From Dehalococcoidia bacterium (lineage in GTDB: Bacteria; Chloroflexota; Dehalococcoidia; Lucifugimonadales; CAJWER01), in assembly GCA_965222445.1 (NCBI GenBank), contig CBDCTY010000002.1, forward strand, positions 365,279 through 429,278: a stretch of 64,000 bases of DNA, written 5' to 3'. The position numbers and the translations under genes are program-made. The notes under the pieces were generated by a model. It worked only from the letters and a program-made list of their open reading frames with translations, did not search any database and was not told where the DNA came from. Each line of letters opens with the position of its first letter. Position 1 is the first letter of the stretch. Shown piece after piece: positions 45,471 to 53,700 of this stretch.

Positions 45471-46069
45471 CGACTCGTGAGTGTAAGACGGGATAGGGCA
45501 TAAGGACTTTGGAGAGAATGATGCTCCTATAGATGTCAAGCCGCGCGTGCGATTATCTCGGCCTACATTTCTTTGAGACTGCCAGAACGAGGAGATCACT
45601 CCCTTGACGGATCTCCATGTGGCCCTCAGGAGGTGGCCGACAGGGCCAGCCGACAAAGAAGCCCTGAAGATCACTCGGACCAATTCCATCTGTCGTTTCT
45701 TGGTACGTAATCGGCATCGTCGCGCTCTATAATCAGCGAGCCAACGAACTATAAGCCGTGATACCTCATCCGCCACACTGCGGAGCACCACAAGGCGAAC
45801 CTGCCTAGATGGTCGCCACCAAATGGGACCGCCCTCCTGGCGTCCTCAGTTTCTGAAGGCCACCGCGAGTTGCGGGCGGCAAGTCCTGTTCTCCAATGCG
45901 ATCCTTGCTTCCGGGCTTTCTTCTAACCCCAGGGCCCCAAGGAAAGTTGCCCTGCATTTGATATGCTGGGACTTGAACAGTCAACATCCCCGGTCATCGG
46001 CTTAGGACGCCGGCGTAGCACCCTTATAGGTGGCTGTGAACCGAATCCAAGCGCAATCAGCGCTCTCAG

Positions 46070-47065
46070 TTGGATCAACCAAAGGAACCCCTGCCCGACG
46101 AGAAGTCCGCGTACAGACCAACAACCTTCGCAAAATCCCTGCAGACTCATATGGAAGAGTGGCGTTACGGCGTAGACGGCTCACGCGGCCGGTGGTGGGA
46201 TCACTGGTCCCAGGGCATCTACCCAGCATTCCGCTCACTTGCTGAGGAAGTCGTGCGCGCCGATTCGGTCAGGCTACACAAGCATGCCGCACATCTGAGA
46301 AGCTCACAGATGTTCGCCTTGAACCTCTTCCTTCCATTCCATAGGGGAAGCCTGTCGCGACTGTCTGACCGGGTCTGCGAGATTGTCGGCGTCAGGCTGT
46401 CCATTATGGATGTGTGTTTCGAGTGGGTGCCTCCCGGCTCGTTGCTGGGGGAAATCGACGGCGACCGTCCTGCCGGGGGCGAACCCGCAACGGCAGTGGA
46501 TGTCATCCTCCGGGGTCGTCTGGCAGACGACCGCCAGGCGGTGGTCGTGCTGGAGGTAAAACTGAGCGAGTCTGAATTCACACACTGCAAGGGCCGGACC
46601 AGCCCTGCGAACCGCCGGCTAGATGTATGTGAATCAGCCAGTCTTTTCTTTGAGGACCCCAAGGCCTGCTACCTTCGCAGACCGGTGAGGAAGCGGCGGG
46701 ACCGGCGTTACTGGGACATCTTTGCCCTAGAGCATGGCAGTGTGCGCGCAGCGTTCCCTGGCGCCGATCTCGAAGGGGCCTGTCCATTCTCTCAGAGCAT
46801 GCAACAGCCGATGCGCAACCTCGCTATAGCCAGAGGGCTCGTACAGGACAGGGGCTATGCCATCGCGAAGGCCTGGTTCGCGCTCTGTGCGCACGACGGC
46901 AACCAGGATGCCGCTGAGCATTGGGAGCGCTGGAAGCGCCTCTTGCCCGATGCGTCGATGGCTCCTGTGCTTTCGGCATCTGACGTCGTACGTGCCGGCG
47001 AGGACGAGGGACTCGTCGATTGGGCGGCGTGGATGCGCGATCGCTATCGGCTATGTTCGGCATAG
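46070..47065 (+). CDS. hypothetical protein with PD-(D/E)xK-like nuclease motif
   Basis: AVDVILRG..x13..VVVLEVKLSE has D...E-x-K spacing, followed by a Cys-rich segment (HCKG..VCES..ACYL..GACPF). TTG start at 46070, uncertain. Confidence 0.4.
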   Translation: MDQPKEPLPDEKSAYRPTTFAKSLQTHMEEWRYGVDGSRGRWWDHWSQGIYPAFRSLAEEVVRADSVRLHKHAAHLRSSQMFALNLFLPFHRGSLSRLSDRVCEIVGVRLSIMDVCFEWVPPGSLLGEIDGDRPAGGEPATAVDVILRGRLADDRQAVVVLEVKLSESEFTHCKGRTSPANRRLDVCESASLFFEDPKACYLRRPVRKRRDRRYWDIFALEHGSVRAAFPGADLEGACPFSQSMQQPMRNLAIARGLVQDRGYAIAKAWFALCAHDGNQDAAEHWERWKRLLPDASMAPVLSASDVVRAGEDEGLVDWAAWMRDRYRLCSA

Positions 47066-47242
47066 CCGCCATAGTAGCCACCACAGACTTGCCCGACCCT
47101 TGTCCAAGGCTCACTGGAGCCACGCTAATGGGTTGGTCAGGAGCTCGATGCTCGCACTTGTGATGCTGCGAGAGATATTCGGACATAGTCTCTCGACTTC
47201 GCCCGCCTTGTAATGCCACAATGTTAACCTGTGAGGCCACTC

Positions 47243-50200
47243 ATGGTGAATCGCTTCTTCGAACAACCCATACTCAACTCCCCTTACGAGTACCCAGCGA
47301 AGCACTGGGAGCTCGATGATCAGGGCCAGCCGACCCAGCAGATCATCGAGAACCGGCGAGGCGCGGAGTTCATCACGCCCATCCCGAAGCCCAGGAAGCG
47401 AAGGGCGGATAAGCGTCAGCAAGAATTCGTCATCGACGAGGGCAAGGGGCTGTCCACCCAGGAGCAACAGTACGACGTCACGGCGATGGTGAATGAGATT
47501 CGCCGCCAGGTCGACCAGTGGCGGGAGCTGCGCAATCCCAACGACTGGCGCGTCACGCCTGAGACCGCCCGCCTGCTCCAGCATTGGCGACACCACGACT
47601 TCAGCGACATCCGTCCCTTCTTCTGCCAGAGGGAGGCGGCCGAGACGGTCATATGGCTGACCGAGGTTGCGCCTAAGTCCGGGCAGGCCGGAAGGCGACT
47701 CCTCGACCGTCTCGCCAACACCAACAACGACGCCAACCCGGAGCTGTCGCGCCTAGCCCTGAAGCTGGCCACCGGCGCCGGCAAGACCACCGTCATGGCC
47801 ATGATCATCGCGTGGCAGACCATCAACGCCGTCCGGCATCCCAACAGCAGGCGCTTTACGCGGGGTTTCCTGGTAGTGGCTCCGGGCATCACGATCAAGG
47901 ATCGGCTGCGCGTGCTTCAGCCCAACGACCCGGACAGCTACTACGCTAGCAGAGAGCTGGTGCCCAGGGAGATGCTCGGAGACCTTGAACGCGCCAGGAT
48001 CGTCATCACCAACTTCCACGCACTCAGGCTGCGTGACCGTATGGAGCTCTCCAAAGGCGGACGTGCGCTCCTACAGGGCCGCGGGGCCGAGTTGGATACA
48101 GTGGAGACCGAGGGGCAGATGGTCCAGCGCGTCATACCCGATCTCATGGGTATGAGGAACATCTGGGTGCTGAACGACGAAGGACACCACTGCTACCGCC
48201 ACAAGCCGGGCGAGGACGACGAGGACACGCTTAAGGGCGACGACAGGAAAGAGGCCGAGAAGAATAACGAGGCCGCCCGTGTGTGGATATCAGGGCTGGA
48301 AATCGTCAAGCGTAGGATCGGCGTCAGGCAGGTTGTCGACCTGTCAGCGACCCCCTTCTTCCTTCGAGGCTCCGGCTATGCCGAGGGCACCCTGTTTCCC
48401 TGGACGGTCAGCGACTTCTCGCTCATGGACGCCATCGAGAGCGGCATCGTCAAACTGCCCCGCGTGCCGGTGGCTGACAACATCCCAGGCGGCGACATGC
48501 CCAAGTACCGCGTCCTGTGGGAAACCATCCGCGGTGACATGCCCAAGAAGGGCCGGGGCAAAGCGAAGGGGGCTCTCGACCCGCTCAGTCTGCCGGTGCA
48601 GCTTCAGACCGCCCTTCAAGCTCTCTATGGGCACTACGTGAAGACCTACGAAGCCTGGGCCAAGGCAGGAATAACCGCGCCGCCCTGCTTCATAGTGGTC
48701 TGCAACAACACCTCTACCTCTAAGCTGGTCTATGACTATATCTCCGGCTTCTACCGTGAGAACGAGGACGGCTCCGAGACCCTGGAGCAGGGCCGCCTTG
48801 CCCTGTTCCGAAACTTCGATGATCACGGCAACCCGTACCCTATACCCCAAACGGTGCTGATAGACAGCGAGCAGATCGAGTCCGGCGACGCACTGGACAG
48901 GGACTTTCGCAAAATGTCCGCCGATGAGATCGAGCGTTTCCGCAGGGAGAGGGTGGAGCGCACAGGCGACGCCCGGGAGGCCGAGAATATCACCGACCAG
49001 GACCTTCTCAGGGAGGTGATGAACACCGTCGGCAAGGAGGGCCGCCTTGGGCAGTCCATCCGTTGCGTCGTGTCGGTCTCCATGCTCACCGAGGGTTGGG
49101 ACGCGAACACCGTCACACACGTTCTTGGCGTGCGAGCCTTCGGGACCCAGCTTCTGTGCGAGCAAGTCATTGGCCGCGCCTTGCGCCGACAGTCCTACGA
49201 ACTCAACGACGATGGACTGTTCGATGTCGAGTACGCTGACGTGCTTGGCGTACCGTTCGACTTCACGGCGAGGCCGGTCGTCGTAAAGCCCCAGCAGCCT
49301 CGCCAGACCGTACAGGTAAAGGCGGTTCGGCCCGAACGGGACCATCTAGAAATCCGGTTCCCCAGGGTGTCAGGCTATCGCACCGATCCGCCCAGGGAAG
49401 AGCTCGCGGCCGAGTTCACCGACGACTCCTACCTGGAGCTTACGCCAGAGTTGGTCGGCCCGTCGACGACTAGGAACGAGGGCATCATCGGCGAGGGTGT
49501 CGATCTCAACCTGGTGCACACCGGCGATCTCAGGCGCTCCACCTTGCTGTTCCACCTCACGCAGCGACTGCTATACACCAAGTGGCGTGACTCAAACGAA
49601 GACCCCAAGCTGCACCTATTCGGGCGGCTAAAGGGAATCGCAAGACAGTGGCTGGACGGCTACCTAGTCTGCAAGGGCGGCACCTATCCGGCACAGCTCA
49701 TGTACCAAGACTTGGCGGACAGGGCTTGCGAGATCATCACGGCCGCCATCACCAACAGCCGCGCGAATGGGTATCCCGTCAAGGCGCTGCTCGATTCGTT
49801 CAACCCGACCGGATCGACCGTGCACGTGAACTTCAGCACGTCCAAGACCAGCCGCTGGGAGACGGACTCTCGCAAGTGCCACGTGAACTGGGTCGTCCTC
49901 GACAGCGACTGGGAGGCCGAGTTCTGCCGCGTGGCCGAGGCCCATCCCAGGGTGCGGGCATACGTGAAGAATCACAATCTGGGTCTTGAGGTGCCGTACC
50001 GCTCCGGCTCCATTGCACGCACCTACATCCCCGACTTCATCGTCCAGGTAGACGACGGACGCGGGGAAGACGACCCTCTTAACCTTGTCGTGGAGATCAA
50101 GGGCTACCGCAACGAGGACGCCAAGGCGAAGAAGCTCACCATGGAGACGTACTGGGTCCCCGGCGTGAACAACCTTCGCCAGTACGGACGGTGGGCCTTC

Positions 50201-50383
50201 GCAGAGTTCACGGACGTTTACGACATTGAAGCCGGGTTCGACGGCCTGGTACAGAGGTTCGTGGGGGGATCCAGCATTCCGGACTACAGCGCTCTCAGCG
50301 CCAAGGAGCTGCTCGCGTCCTGTCCCATTGACGAGGAGTATTTGGTCCGGCCTCGCGAGTTCCCGAGAGACATCGATTTTTGA
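47243..50383 (+). CDS. res: type III-like restriction enzyme Res subunit (SF2 helicase plus C-terminal PD-(D/E)xK nuclease)
   Basis: MVNRFFEQPILNSPYEYP N-terminus, LATGAGKTTVMA (motif I), VLNDEGHHCY (DEGH, motif II), SVSMLTEGWDANTVTHVLG (motif V/VI region) and PDFIVQV..x13..VVEIKGY nuclease core. Confidence 0.85.
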   Translation: MVNRFFEQPILNSPYEYPAKHWELDDQGQPTQQIIENRRGAEFITPIPKPRKRRADKRQQEFVIDEGKGLSTQEQQYDVTAMVNEIRRQVDQWRELRNPNDWRVTPETARLLQHWRHHDFSDIRPFFCQREAAETVIWLTEVAPKSGQAGRRLLDRLANTNNDANPELSRLALKLATGAGKTTVMAMIIAWQTINAVRHPNSRRFTRGFLVVAPGITIKDRLRVLQPNDPDSYYASRELVPREMLGDLERARIVITNFHALRLRDRMELSKGGRALLQGRGAELDTVETEGQMVQRVIPDLMGMRNIWVLNDEGHHCYRHKPGEDDEDTLKGDDRKEAEKNNEAARVWISGLEIVKRRIGVRQVVDLSATPFFLRGSGYAEGTLFPWTVSDFSLMDAIESGIVKLPRVPVADNIPGGDMPKYRVLWETIRGDMPKKGRGKAKGALDPLSLPVQLQTALQALYGHYVKTYEAWAKAGITAPPCFIVVCNNTSTSKLVYDYISGFYRENEDGSETLEQGRLALFRNFDDHGNPYPIPQTVLIDSEQIESGDALDRDFRKMSADEIERFRRERVERTGDAREAENITDQDLLREVMNTVGKEGRLGQSIRCVVSVSMLTEGWDANTVTHVLGVRAFGTQLLCEQVIGRALRRQSYELNDDGLFDVEYADVLGVPFDFTARPVVVKPQQPRQTVQVKAVRPERDHLEIRFPRVSGYRTDPPREELAAEFTDDSYLELTPELVGPSTTRNEGIIGEGVDLNLVHTGDLRRSTLLFHLTQRLLYTKWRDSNEDPKLHLFGRLKGIARQWLDGYLVCKGGTYPAQLMYQDLADRACEIITAAITNSRANGYPVKALLDSFNPTGSTVHVNFSTSKTSRWETDSRKCHVNWVVLDSDWEAEFCRVAEAHPRVRAYVKNHNLGLEVPYRSGSIARTYIPDFIVQVDDGRGEDDPLNLVVEIKGYRNEDAKAKKLTMETYWVPGVNNLRQYGRWAFAEFTDVYDIEAGFDGLVQRFVGGSSIPDYSALSAKELLASCPIDEEYLVRPREFPRDIDF

Positions 50384-50820
50384 CGTATCTGCTCGATACC
50401 AACGTGATCTCGGAACTGCGCAAGGGCGACCGCTGTGACGCCAACGTGACGGCTTGGTACGCAGGCGTGGAGGAAACGGACATATTCCTTAGCGTACTGG
50501 TGCTTGGTGAGATGCGCAGAGGCATCGAGTGGATACGGAGGCGTGATCCGCAGCAGACCGTCGTTCTGGAACGCTGGCTCGAAGAGACCGCTCTGAGGTT
50601 CGCCGGTCGGATAATGCCCGTCGACGACATGATTGCCGAACTTTGGGGGAGAACATACTATGTGCGCAACGTCCCAGTGGTCGACGGCCTGTTGGCTGCC
50701 ACCGCCATGGCGCATGACATGACCCTGGTAACTCGAAATGTCTCGGACGTTGAAGGGCTGGGTGTACGAGTGCTCGACCCCTTCAGAGGAAACGACAACT
50801 CGCACGAATTAGTCCAATAG
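50380..50820 (+). CDS. vapC: VapC-family PIN-domain toxin
   Basis: YLLDTNVISELRK, GEMRRG and LLAATAMAHDMTLVTRNVSD. The TTG start overlaps the res stop (TTGA). Confidence 0.9.
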   Translation: MTYLLDTNVISELRKGDRCDANVTAWYAGVEETDIFLSVLVLGEMRRGIEWIRRRDPQQTVVLERWLEETALRFAGRIMPVDDMIAELWGRTYYVRNVPVVDGLLAATAMAHDMTLVTRNVSDVEGLGVRVLDPFRGNDNSHELVQ

Positions 50821-50837
50821 AGAGGACAACGACTCTC

Positions 50838-53495
50838 ATGCCAAAAGGACGAGCCAAACGGCCCAAGTCAGTCGAGACCCTCACACACGAGGAGGCCCGG
50901 CGGAGAAACCTGCCGTCAGCCGAGCACCAGCCTCTGATGCGAGAGGAGGAGCAGAGCGCCGTTCGCGTGGCCTACGAGCGGCGCAACCGCGATCTGGATC
51001 CTCAGCTCGTGTGGCGGGGCAAGGACGAGCAGGACTCGGAGGACCTGGAGGTCAACGTCCCGCCGCTGTACATCCAGGAGCGGACCCACCCGAAGGTACT
51101 GGTCGACGACCTGATGCGGCAAACCGGCAGCGGCGGGACATCGGAGGACGAAGGGCGACAGCAGGGGTTCGCGGACCTGTTCGCCGACTTCAACGGCCTG
51201 CCGTCCGAGGACGCGAAGACCGAGTTCTACCAGCACGACGCCAACTGGTCGAACCGCATGATCCTCGGCGACAGCCTGCAGGTGATGGCGTCGCTCGCCG
51301 AGCGCGAGGGACTGCGGGGCAAGGTGCAGTGCATCTATGTCGACCCGCCCTACGGCATCAAGTTCAACTCCAACTTCCAGTGGTCCACGACCAGCCGCGA
51401 CGTGCGTGACGGCAACGCCGCTCACATCACCCGCGAGCCGGAGCAGGTGAAGGCATTCCGCGACACTTGGCGCGACGGGATTCACTCGTACCTGACCTAC
51501 CTGCGCGACCGCCTAACCGTGGCCCGAGACTTGCTCTCCGATTCGGGTTCGATCTTCGTGCAGATTGGGGATGAGAACGTTCATCGTGTGCGAGCACTCA
51601 TGGACGAGGTATTTGGGGACGGAAACTTCATCAGTCTTATAACCTATCGCACGAGCAGCGGAACCACGCAACAGAGTTCAGTCAAACGCGTATCGGACTA
51701 CATAGTTTGGTACTGTAAAGACTCGGACTCGATTAAGTTCCGGAGGCTACTTGAGGATAAGCACGTTGATACCAGTATGTACAATCAACTGGAACTTGAG
51801 AATGGGACTCGACGTCCTATGACCGCAGACGAAAGACGTGACCCTTCAACTTGCCCTGCCGACGCCCGACCATACCAGAAGCTTCCAGTTCATTCTATGG
51901 CTTCTGGAGACCATGAGCCACGGGCGATTTTTGGAGCCGTCTGGCGCATACCGCCAACTTCTCATTGGCGGTATGCGCCAGACGGCTTTACGAGACTTTA
52001 CAAAGCCTCACGCATCCATCCTGACAGGACAGCCCTCAGAGCGGTCTACCATCACGATGACTATCCAGCCTTCGAAATCTCAAACTCATGGATCGATACT
52101 GGCCCTGAAATTGAGAAGTCTTATGTAGTTCAGACTTCAACGTCACCAATTGAACGCTGCATCCTGATGACGACCGATCCCGGAGACTTAGTGCTGGATC
52201 CAACCTGTGGGTCAGGCACCACCGCCCATGCCTCTGAGAAGTGGGGCCGCCGCTGGATCACCATCGACACCTCTCGTGTGGCACTCGCCCTAGCCCGTGC
52301 CCGTATCATGGGAGGCCGATATCCGTACTACCTACTCTCAGACAGCCGTGATGGGCAAGTCAAGCAGGCGGAGATCGAGCGCAAGGCCGCATCAGAGTCT
52401 CCTACATACGGGGATATCCGCCAAGGCTTCGTCTACGAGAGGGTGCCGCACATCACGCTACGGGCCATCGCCAACAACACGGAGATCGACGTTATCTGGG
52501 AGGACGCCCAGGAGGATTTGGAGTCCCTTAGAGAGGAGTTGAACCACGTGCTCGGCGAGTCGTGGGAGGAGTGGGAAGTTCCCCGCGATGCGGATAAGGT
52601 CTGGCCGGATGACGCACGAAGTCTTCACGCCCAATGGTGGGAGCGACGCATCGCGCGCCAGAAGGAGATCGACACTTCCATAGCCGCCAAGGCCGACTAC
52701 GAGAACCTATACGACAAGCCCCATGAGGACCGAAGCAAGGTAAGGGTCGCGGGGCCATTCACGGTCGAGAGCATCTCACCACACCGTGTCCTTGGAGTAA
52801 ACGAGGACGGTGACGTCATCGCAGAGTCGTCCAACGGTTACGGGAGCGAATATGACTTCGCTCAGGTCATGCTGGACAACCTGGGAACCTCTGGCGTACA
52901 GCAGGCCAATAGAGAGGACAGGATAGAGTTCACGTCCATCACCCCCTGGCCGGGGCGTTTGGTGTGCGCTGATGGGCGCTACGTGGAGGGCGGCGAGGAG
53001 AACGGCATCGAGCGCCGCGCCGCGATCTTCATCGGCCCCGAGTTCGGCACGGTGTCCCGCCCGGACCTCGTGGAAGCGGCGCGCGAGGCCGCTGACGGCG
53101 GATTCGATGTCCTAATCGCCTGTGCCTTCAACTACGAGGCGCACACCACCGAGTTCGAGAGCCTTGGGCGGGTCCCTGTGCTGAAGGCTCGCATGAACGC
53201 CGACCTCCACATGGCCGAAGACCTGAAGAACACGGGCAAGGGCAACCTGTTCGTGATCTTCGGAGAGCCGGACATCGACATCCTCGACGCGGACGATGGC
53301 CGGATCCAGGTAAGGGTCAACGGCGTGGACGTGTTCCATCCCAATACGGGCGAAGTACGCAGCGACGGGCCGGAGGGAATCGCCTGCTGGTTCATCGACA
53401 CCGACTACAACGAAGAGGCGTTCTTCGTCCGTCACGCCTACTTCCTGGGAGCCAGCGACCCATACAAGTCGCTGAAGACCACGCTCAGGGCTTGA
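50838..53495 (+). CDS. mod: type III-like DNA methyltransferase Mod (N6/N4 class), 3' end frameshifted
   Basis: LVWRGKDE, NRMILGDSLQVM, IYVDPPYG (motif IV) and DPTCGSGTTAHA (motif I). The conserved-looking C-terminal tail continues in another frame (53494-53631). Confidence 0.85.
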   Translation: MPKGRAKRPKSVETLTHEEARRRNLPSAEHQPLMREEEQSAVRVAYERRNRDLDPQLVWRGKDEQDSEDLEVNVPPLYIQERTHPKVLVDDLMRQTGSGGTSEDEGRQQGFADLFADFNGLPSEDAKTEFYQHDANWSNRMILGDSLQVMASLAEREGLRGKVQCIYVDPPYGIKFNSNFQWSTTSRDVRDGNAAHITREPEQVKAFRDTWRDGIHSYLTYLRDRLTVARDLLSDSGSIFVQIGDENVHRVRALMDEVFGDGNFISLITYRTSSGTTQQSSVKRVSDYIVWYCKDSDSIKFRRLLEDKHVDTSMYNQLELENGTRRPMTADERRDPSTCPADARPYQKLPVHSMASGDHEPRAIFGAVWRIPPTSHWRYAPDGFTRLYKASRIHPDRTALRAVYHHDDYPAFEISNSWIDTGPEIEKSYVVQTSTSPIERCILMTTDPGDLVLDPTCGSGTTAHASEKWGRRWITIDTSRVALALARARIMGGRYPYYLLSDSRDGQVKQAEIERKAASESPTYGDIRQGFVYERVPHITLRAIANNTEIDVIWEDAQEDLESLREELNHVLGESWEEWEVPRDADKVWPDDARSLHAQWWERRIARQKEIDTSIAAKADYENLYDKPHEDRSKVRVAGPFTVESISPHRVLGVNEDGDVIAESSNGYGSEYDFAQVMLDNLGTSGVQQANREDRIEFTSITPWPGRLVCADGRYVEGGEENGIERRAAIFIGPEFGTVSRPDLVEAAREAADGGFDVLIACAFNYEAHTTEFESLGRVPVLKARMNADLHMAEDLKNTGKGNLFVIFGEPDIDILDADDGRIQVRVNGVDVFHPNTGEVRSDGPEGIACWFIDTDYNEEAFFVRHAYFLGASDPYKSLKTTLRA

Positions 53496-53631
53496 GATCG
53501 ACGCAGATGCCTGGGCGACGCTCCACAGCGACACCTCGCGCCCGTTCAACAAGCCCGACTCCAGCCGCATCGCCGTCAAAGTCATCAATCACCTCGGCGA
53601 CGAGGTGCTGAAGGTGTTCCGGGTAGAATGA
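53494..53631 (+). pseudogene. displaced C-terminal 45 codons of mod
   Basis: EIDADAWATLHSDTSRPFNKPDSSRIAVKVINHLGDEVLKVFRVE* sits in the frame shifted by one base. Removing one T at 53492-53493 joins ..LKTTLRA to EIDADAW. Confidence 0.6.
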
Positions 53632-53700
53632 ACTGGCTTAACTCAAACGGGAGTTGTGTAGGATGAACTGGGAAGGCATTGCTGCCTCGGGGACTACAGG

